Shown here: positions 56,901 to 64,000 of the stretch, one piece after another | Numbering within the stretch: position 1 is the first letter of the stretch | Layout: every line of letters begins with the position of its first letter | Assembly (NCBI GenBank): GCA_946965045.2 | Contig: OX337240.1 | Coordinates: forward strand, 682,001-746,000 | Source: Epithemia pelagica | Lineage: Eukaryota; Protista; Bacillariophyta | Direction of reading: 5' to 3' | DNA length: 64,000 nucleotides | Made by a program: the position numbers and the translations under genes | The notes under the pieces: generated by a model | Database searches by the model: none | What the model saw: the letters and a program-made list of their open reading frames with translations, nothing else | Told to the model about the DNA's origin: nothing

Positions 56901-57964
56901 AAAATGAAATTGCTTATTTTGGCAGTCTCGCCGTGAGTCGTGTCTCTGCAGCGGCCGAGGCTTCTCTTGCTCCTTACACTGACATGGGAGGATCTTTTGG
57001 TGTAGCGTCGCAACGGACATGTGAAGAAGATCGCGGATTGCGAGAGCATATAGACAGAGCCGCGGCCGGTATCGTGGGCCCGATAAATTTGTCAACTCCG
57101 TCAACGTGGCGAGAAGAATCGGTTCATCGTCTACTCCGTAAAGTACAGAGTCGCAGGCTAGATCGGCTTACTGCCTCGGAACAAGGATGTGCGCGATGTG
57201 ATGGGCTGATTGTTGACCAGGACGTTATGTTGAATATGAAGGCTGAAGCAGCAGTGGGAAAAGTGAGGAAAAATGAAGATTCCGATTTGGCAAGAGTAGA
57301 TGGTTCGCGGATTGACTTGACTACTGGACGGGCAAGTGCCAACGTACGGGCAAGAATATCCGAGCGACGGAAGGAATCCACGGAGGAGCAGTATGAGTCC
57401 GTTGCCAACTCTTGTGTTTCAGTACGTGGCAGTAGAATACATGGTTTGGGTCTGTTTGCCGACCAAGAATTCAACAAAGGGGATATCGTTGCAGAGTATG
57501 TTGGAGAGTATATCCGAAACGAAGAGTTTGAGGCGAGAGAGGCCATTTATCGTGAAAATCGAACACAGGACTATTCGTTTCGTTTCAACTCTGAATATAT
57601 CATTGACGCAACTCGTCAAGGAGGACCCGGGCGATATGCCAATCATGATTGTAACCCTAACTGCGTGTCGAAGATTGTTCCTGGTCTGGGCCCGAACCCG
57701 CACATGAAGCGTGTCATGATTGTTGCTCAGCGAGTCATCAAAATCAACGAGGAAATCACGTATGATTATCAGTTTCCCTTGGAGCAAGACCTGTCTGCAC
57801 GAATCCCATGCAACTGCAAGTCGGATGACTGCCGTGGGTTTATGAATTGGGATTTGCCAGAGAAAGGATCGAACAACAGGGCCGTTCTTGTACAAAAACG
57901 AGGGGCGAACATGCGAGATCGCATACGCCGTCTGAATCGACCACTGAAACGCGACGAGCTATAG
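53903..57964 (+). CDS. Histone-lysine N-methyltransferase (SET1/Trx-like SET + post-SET) with bromodomain and HMG-box-like domain; single exon
   Basis: HMG-like PAFYFYL...AALWWSRL...RRY; bromo DPLKLFDQPV...YYKVIKNPM...ENALDYN; SET SRIHGLGLF...EYVGE...RYANHDCNPNC...EEITYDY; post-SET CNCKSDDCRG. Confidence 0.92.
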   Translation: MRSRRLPLGSPSRKERFLSDDGAAAGGRSNSSIAQTETVRVRTRQAPPVARKESASNQPKRQRRTNRGLPLSASAAQPSNGPKAPPEAQPVSHDEIHSNGEEDVVAAVIVEDAEEVTSESNKGAKQEETNGTEKIDGGDIVVSLTSVTRNRASGKTGSSPGGLVATRPDGSQVHIQVIVENKKFVYVDGKTKSFSQEESLETNERPDIRGYLNGDQIDAEPQQFDKKAKSNVKELALSNDEMTGDGELPIDENDENDEDEDYDDDIGGNPDDDPETQGAVSSKRADRKRKASHADDDDKDKIASKKKKKKKKLHRKSTETAAPMTEAAALPIPPGAMQPKPGIAQATPAFYFYLAENKGKIERVLSRRHRNFNKLGKAGEKNALIAKEAALWWSRLRPTDQRRYVNMSMRDFEGRIIEWKEDKSIREMNSNMGISSSDRSTKSENQMLEDDEKLTWKRHQRLYLSTSVGSKPFKAEPELSYNRVLQDLLHDLRFHPLPMLSTCRPVQEEEKDDMGTKVLIPYFDVHGPASTSVGDACLGCIRSWNHFCPVLQRRVPAVEHRARLQPPVSSLLATRVGLGLRPHLTKPIDQTEQKDEESELLEWKTSKQQEDMMHLPIVPSSTLNNPNERMDDIVLFVEEATAMKVPEPSRPEMTAKSQLRSLPLQTAKQDESIFKKCGRCRTIIRGDTGCVQCRRAQLVINMAKRQKQDGKLLKVHTSMLGRYNTKDPPEPQSESDERIATAMLKERWTPTAVLPAQPRYTPHPTSKKRPASTTVEKEIQTTRNTDSPPEEDLAPRGRPSRIPTVFQDNYEPHERQEIMERNRRAVNVFQKKIVLIACSGMLQALVRRDPLKLFDQPVSDEAYYKVIKNPMFFCTMREKISNSTYTSLGAFANDVKLLCENALDYNLPHSIYAKAATEIQELFSIVHKRASNWVSALKDAYSNDLNSGKITEKTDSTTSDDELDEAFVDLQQDWPEAYNLFNNGERLKNHAAADFTRTEENEIAYFGSLAVSRVSAAAEASLAPYTDMGGSFGVASQRTCEEDRGLREHIDRAAAGIVGPINLSTPSTWREESVHRLLRKVQSRRLDRLTASEQGCARCDGLIVDQDVMLNMKAEAAVGKVRKNEDSDLARVDGSRIDLTTGRASANVRARISERRKESTEEQYESVANSCVSVRGSRIHGLGLFADQEFNKGDIVAEYVGEYIRNEEFEAREAIYRENRTQDYSFRFNSEYIIDATRQGGPGRYANHDCNPNCVSKIVPGLGPNPHMKRVMIVAQRVIKINEEITYDYQFPLEQDLSARIPCNCKSDDCRGFMNWDLPEKGSNNRAVLVQKRGANMRDRIRRLNRPLKRDEL

Positions 57965-60200
57965 ATGGTATGTACTGCTTGATTGATTATGTCCGGATCA
58001 TCGTTAACTAAGGTCACATTCATGTGATGGCATGCACGGTAAAGCGCCAAGCAAAGAGCCTTGCATGGGCGCCTTGTACAATCAATCCACGTTAAGGATG
58101 GTGCCCATGTTGTGAACGAACCGAAATTTTAATTTTAAAACAGCAAGCTATCTACACAGTTAAGGCTGAAATTGCCGTAGCCCAAAAATCTCTTTTGACC
58201 ACACCGAGTTGACGGCACTCTCTTCATTAACAGAAGCAACATTAGTCATAAGTGGAATGCTGTGAGATTCACGTTCTTTCGGTCAACATTGCTTGGGGAG
58301 TCATGTCGGGCAAGTGCTTCACCAGACGTCCTCCGTCACAGTCCACGCCATTCAATGTATGAGTCACCATCCAATTCGTTCGAAAGGACGACTCCGACCG
58401 AGCAAGAAAGGGTCAAACGTCAAACAGAGACGTATACATTCGAACTTCAGCTTCTTTCATCGCACCAAGGCTTTGACTCAGACTGTGGCCCCAATTATTG
58501 CGATGGAACCTTCACGTGAGAAGACCCTGTCAGTCCTCTTCAAAGAGTGTAGGTCCGAGTCCATCATTTCGCACTCGCCTGAGTTGGAACTAATGAATCA
58601 GGCAATCTTTAGCTGAAGCACAAACGTGCGTGCTCTTACGGCGTTAATGACGAGCAATTGTCAGACCTATGATCTAAGATGTGCTGCTGCTGGAATCAAT
58701 GTGGACACAATCGGCAATGCTCCAATTCGGAATTCTAGGACTTCAAACTTCCATGTTTCATATATCAGGTTGGAGAAGGAGCTACAAGTTTGTAATAATC
58801 ATTCGTTGGTATTTAAAATTAAGCCTTTCTTCATGATTTTAAGCCCAACTCACTGGGCTTGTAATTGTTACTGTACAACGACCAACGAGGTTTTAGATCC
58901 GAGAAGTCCAAAGACTACCCATTATTGTTCTCCTCATGACTTCGGGTCCATCATCATCTCATCTCTTTCCTCTTACGCATCATTCATCCCATCAATCATC
59001 ATACAAGTATGTCATCTTCTTCACTTATGTTCCTGGGCTCTTTTAGCTTCCGTAACATCGAACTCAAATAGCGCCAAACGTCAAACATATTAGTCAGCCG
59101 GTCAGACGAGATCTACGAGATGTCGGATGCCCGGAGTCTCGATATTCCCAATCTCGTTTGACCATGTCCATTGCCGCTCACATCAATTCAGCATTCAGGT
59201 TCAGGTTCAGGTTCATCTCCAGGTATGAGTTTCTTTGGTTCCTGTTCTTGTTGCTTGGCTTTCGGGATCCCTCAAATCTCCCAGGATAATAGGATGGCTA
59301 GTGCTTGCTATTTGCTTTTCCTTTATGTCTACCTAGACCCTATAGTCGACACATCGTCATGGCCATTTATCTGTCCCTCTTCTCCTAAATTCTCGTAGAT
59401 TGGTCAGTTGAAACCAATCCGCCAATGGATTTGGACCATATGTATCTTTGCAATGAGAGTGACTGAGATGAAGCAAAGGTCTGAGCATTAGAGGCAAGAA
59501 AAGGGGAAAGGCAAGAGGCTACGGAGTACGGAGTATCAAGGTTAAAACTTTTCTTGTGCCAACTGTGTCCATCATTCTCTAGTCTTCGCTTTTCCCAGTC
59601 AAGATTCTCAACATTCGGCATTCCGATTCTCAGTACACTATTCGTAGGAGTTTGGAGTTTGGAGCTTCAGATTATTTCAGATCTCTCAGACTCAGACTCA
59701 GATCTCTCAGATTGCCTCAGAAGCGCAGAAGCTCATCCTCTACCCTCCTCTACTCAATCTAGAGACTACTAAGAGTTCAATGTTCAATACGAACCCAGAA
59801 CCCAGTCCCCCATCCCCCACCGAATTTTTCGCGTACGAGTACATCTGGAGTCTGGAGGGAGTACGAGTACGTACGAGTACGAGTGCGAGTACACTACTGA
59901 CTACTGATACTCGTAGGGTGAACTTCGATTTACGACCTACCACTTATAAAAGCTCCATATGATTACTGCCCCTTTGTCCTTTTGGTTTTTCTTATGTGTG
60001 CTTGCTGTTTCTCCGATTAACGATTATTGACAAAATATTCCGTCCTGACGTCCTGACTCACACCTTTCAAACTGCCTCACGAATTTGGGTTCCCGTTTCG
60101 ATATCTGCAGAGGGAATTGAAAATAATGATGTCAGATTTTTTCGGACACCACTCGTTCCACTTCGCCCATAATCTAAACCGCACCACAACGAACTTCAAA

Positions 60201-60767
60201 ATGGTCATGGAGTTGAGCTACGCTACGATCTCCCTCGTGGTTGATACCTGGCAAATGGCGAAGAGAACGCCAGCCTTTGAAGAAACGGCCGGAACCCTCA
60301 TTTTAGAGAAGTACGTCAAGTGTTCTTTTCCTTAATGCAAAGAGACCAGGCTGAATTGCTAACCTTTCCTTGTTTGCTTGTTCTCCAGACTATTTGAATT
60401 GGAGCCCCGAACAAAGGCTGTTTTTGGCTTTGAACGAAGAGCAAATGTCTTTGCCTGTCCACGCCTCCAAATCGGAGCCCTCATCCACTCGAAGCGCTTG
60501 ATACAAATGTTCGACACGGCAATTGATTTGATTGGCCCCGATAGCGAAATGCTTTCTGAAGTGCTCGAAAAACTCGGAAGACGGCACATTCAATATGGCG
60601 TCAAGCCTGGATATGTTCCCTTCATGGGACAAGCAATAATCCATTCCCTTGAGCAGATACTGGGCGAAAAGGTGTGGACCAACTATGTGCAGGAGGCTTG
60701 GGAAGTTGTGTACGAAGAGCTGAGTCGAGATATTATGAAGGGCATTTTGAGTGGTGACGGTGCATAG
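60201..60767 (+). CDS. Single-domain globin; intron 60311-60388
   Basis: DTWQ, K|LFELEPRTKAVF, distal LIHSKRL, proximal GRRHIQYGV, EAWEVVY. Confidence 0.93.
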
Positions 60768-62011
60768 ATGTAAAGAGAACGAAAGTCTGGGGACTGTTGG
60801 TGAAAGGATCTGCATTAATGACTGTGGCGCCGACAACTACGCAATGTTTCTGAGATCTGGATTCATGATGTATATTATTGACCAAAGATGTCCGATTTGT
60901 TAATATGTAGATCTAAATTAGATCTTTGGACGTAAATGATGATAGATCCATGAAACTGGAGTTGACCTTCAATCCCTGGGGCTGCAGACGAGGAACGAGT
61001 TGTACCTGATGGACATATGATGGGGAAAAAGGGCTTTTGTGAGGCATCATGGAATATGTTGGGCCACGCGACGCTCTAGATTCGACATGTAATTTTTGTT
61101 CACATGAGGAAACATTCGAGTAACGCTTGCGTCACCACTCAATTGTCCTTTAGTTCTCATGGCTCGTTAGATCTCTCTGATGCCCGTTTCTAGCACAAAA
61201 AATATTCAAGCAATGCTTCTGTTAACACTTGTTTCTTGTGTGCACATGCTTCTTTTCAGATGTCCCTTTATCGTTTGATACATAGCGCCGTCACTCTAGA
61301 GGTCATGGTCAGGTAGTTACCTTCCCGGATGCCTTACACCTTCCATCCATTATGAACTGGAATGGTTGCGAATGAGCCTTCCTGTACAATAGTGGATCGT
61401 AGGTGACCGTAATAGGGGGACAAAGCTCCATTCCTCAATGGATAAACTAGGTTGTTAGGTGTAGGTAAGGTTACCTAATCTCGCAGGGTCGCACGTGAGA
61501 AACGTGCGCCCACCAACCAGCGCGATGTTGGGGAGCTGTCAAAAGTTCAACGATACGAACTATGATCAGAGCGCTGAGGTTTTAGTGGAGCGGACGTGAC
61601 ACTTCCACGACAGAATTTGTTGTGTCCTCGTAGTAGCCAGTATACAGTAGACCCGTCGACATCGAGACCTGAGACACGCCATGAGCGGACAAAGAACCCC
61701 GGCCTTTCTACACCCTGTCGGTTCACAGAAACAACAACGCAAACGACACAAAAAGGAGCATGGACAAACAAAGAGCGTCCAAAGCCAAAGCTACGCATTG
61801 CAAATCAATCAAGACCACAGGGCACCAATATTGCACACAGCTTTCATTCAATCTTCTGATAACCGAAAACCATTCACAAGAGGTGTATAAAAAGATTGAA
61901 CGGAAAACCAATTGACGTCACCACCCTGTGAACCTTGAAGAGAGACAAGGCGTCAATTCATAAAAATCATCATTTACGAAATCATTATTGGAAATCCACA
62001 AAAGAAGAACC

Positions 62012-63621
62012 ATGGTTGCCCCCAGCGATGAGAAGCTCAACAGGCATGCGGATCATGCAGATCCTGCCACGACCGGCACGGATGGAACGATTGATTTTCC
62101 ACCTTGTACGGCAGAGAAATGCAGCGTAGATGCCGAAGAAAAGAAAGCGTCTAGTTCCAAGTCAAGGCCGTCCTGTGAAATGACAGAAAAGTGCGTGAAT
62201 GCATGTGCTGCCTACGGCCGTGTCTGTCCCTGTGCCGCACGCATCTCGGCCAATGCAGCCTGTGACGCTATGCAAGAGCTTCAGAAGGACTCCAAAATCT
62301 TTGCCGCTGGGAAACCTGACTTCACCTATTTGAACGCCGATGATATTCAAATTGGCAAGAAATTGGGGGAAGGTGGCTTTTCGAATGTGAACGAGTGCAC
62401 CGTGACAGCGGAGAATCACCCCGATGCCCATCAAGAACTTGCAGTCAAATATCTGAAACGTAAAGCAATGGTGGATTTGCACCATTTCAAACATGGAGCA
62501 GCAGATCTAGCTGTGGAAGCCTATTTTTTGCAAGCTCTGGACCATCCAAATATTGTAAAATTACATGGTATCACAGCTGGATCTGTGGAAACTAACGTGG
62601 CTACTGGCAAGGAATGCGGATTCTTCATACTGGTCGATCGACTCTATGACACTCTGGAGCACAAGATTGGTGCGTGGAGAAAGGAGCAAAATGAAAACGA
62701 GTCACATACAAGTTTTATGGGGCGGCGCTCCCATGACTACAAGGAAGCCAAGCGAGCAGAATTGATTGAGCGGTGCAACATTGCGTTATCCATTGCTCGT
62801 GGTATGCAATATTTGCATTCCCTCAATATCGTGTTCCGTGATTTGAAACCAGACAATATTGGTTTCGATAAGGATGGTGTCTTGAAATTATTTGACTTTG
62901 GATTGGCGAAAGAGCTGAAGCACGCCCATGCCGATGGGACCTATGAACTTACCGGACATACAGGGTCTCGTCGCTACATGGTAAGTCGTTTGCAAACAAC
63001 TGAACTTTCCTTTTTGATGAAATTCTCTGTGAACAATTCCTCACGATACTTTATTCATTGTAGGCACCAGAAGTGGCCCAAGATCTTAGTTACAACCAGT
63101 CTGTGGATGTCTACAGTTTTGGCATTTTATTATGGGAGTTGTGCAGCGTGGAGAAACCGTTTTATGGTTACAGCAGTAACAAACACATGCAATTGGTTGT
63201 ATTAGGCGGGGAACGACCAAAGATGGACTCCGCCCATACGCAATTCTGGCCTGCTGCTCTGCAAAACTTGATGAAGAAGTGTTGGGCCGCGAATCCTCAG
63301 CGACGTCCAACCTTCACTCAGGTTATTCAAGTATTGGAACAAAAGATTTGCTCTCTCGGACCATCGCAAACGGGCTCGGACTTGAGTCTAGGATTGGAGG
63401 AATACCGGAGCGAACATGGTCGATCCGATGGAACCTCATCACCAAGTTCGAATCCAGCTCCTCGTGCATTCCCTCGACTGTTTCCGGCCAAACGAGCGGC
63501 CCGGTCGAAAAGCAACGAAGTGGTAGCTCCCCCGAGTGGCGCGACCTTGAAGGCCTTGAAACCGCCCACGCACAATACCCCCCGTGCTCGGACATGGGGG
63601 TTTGCAGGAGCAAGAAGATAG
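62012..63621 (+). CDS. Protein kinase (TKL-like, diatom-expanded type); intron 62981-63063
   Basis: LGEGGFSNV, AVKYLK, HPNIVKLHG, FRDLKPDNIGFD, FDFGLAKE, GSRRYM|APEV, DVYSFGILLWE, RRPTF. Confidence 0.95.
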
Positions 63622-64000
63622 CTACGGGCTCCGATCAAACGGAGGAAATGATTTGCAGAAATAGAGAAAGAGACGAGATGTCTCTTCTCTACGTTTATAT
63701 TGTACTCCTATTTGTTTTGCGGCTGGAAATGTTACTGTTATACAACTACTCCTACTCCCTCCTGAAAGAAAATACTTCACGATTTTACCAAAAAAGCGAT
63801 ATTTTCACGAGCGAACGTCCTTTTTCCATAAAATTTTTTTTGTTAGAAAGCCCTACTTATTAGCTCTATATTGGTGTATTATTTATATGTTCGATTCTTG
63901 CTTTGGAACGAGATACGATTGTTCAAAAGGCGTGATTTTGAGCATCGGTCTTCAGAGCCCACCGGTTGACACTTCTATGGCGGCTCCAAACACGTCCTCT

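Noticed and set aside
1-64000. Many 60-200 aa ORFs overlapping or antisense to the called genes; rRNA, tRNA, snRNA
   Set aside because: The shadow ORFs lack motifs and are explained by codon structure on the coding strand. No recognisable structural RNA signatures were seen by eye; tRNAscan-SE/Infernal were not run.

Overview
Eukaryotic nuclear DNA, most likely from a pennate diatom. The host is inferred from short 75-160 bp GT-AG introns, an HSF gene, diatom-type globins and a GDHP-motif protein; I cannot name the species. The window has two parts. (1) About 1-17 kb is a rearranged accessory island. It holds an intronless Crinkler/RHS-type P-loop NTPase + restriction-endonuclease-fold gene, an HNH-like gene, a truncated glycosyltransferase-like gene, and an HSF gene with two homopolymer frameshifts plus a microhomology-joined partial paralog. 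It also has a ~680 bp-arm inverted duplication with internal minisatellites, and a ~150 bp-unit satellite followed by an orphan Pif1 helicase with a Helitron-like 3' end. (2) About 17-64 kb is mostly ordinary genes: subtilase, RCC1, TSPO, TMCO1, SmE, a MORN protein, VAMP-like SNAREs, two globins, an HMG-bromo-SET methyltransferase and a TKL-like kinase. Among them are a duplicated bacterial-type MDR oxidoreductase (one copy has a 1.46 kb gene-fragment insertion in its promoter, the other abuts a broken gene) and a third effector-like REase+kinase gene. The best candidates for something new are the three Crinkler-type nuclease genes and the satellite-bearing Helitron derivative with its neighbouring palindrome. 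All domain calls come from motif recognition by eye; no searches were run. I saw no rRNA, tRNA or CRISPR array.
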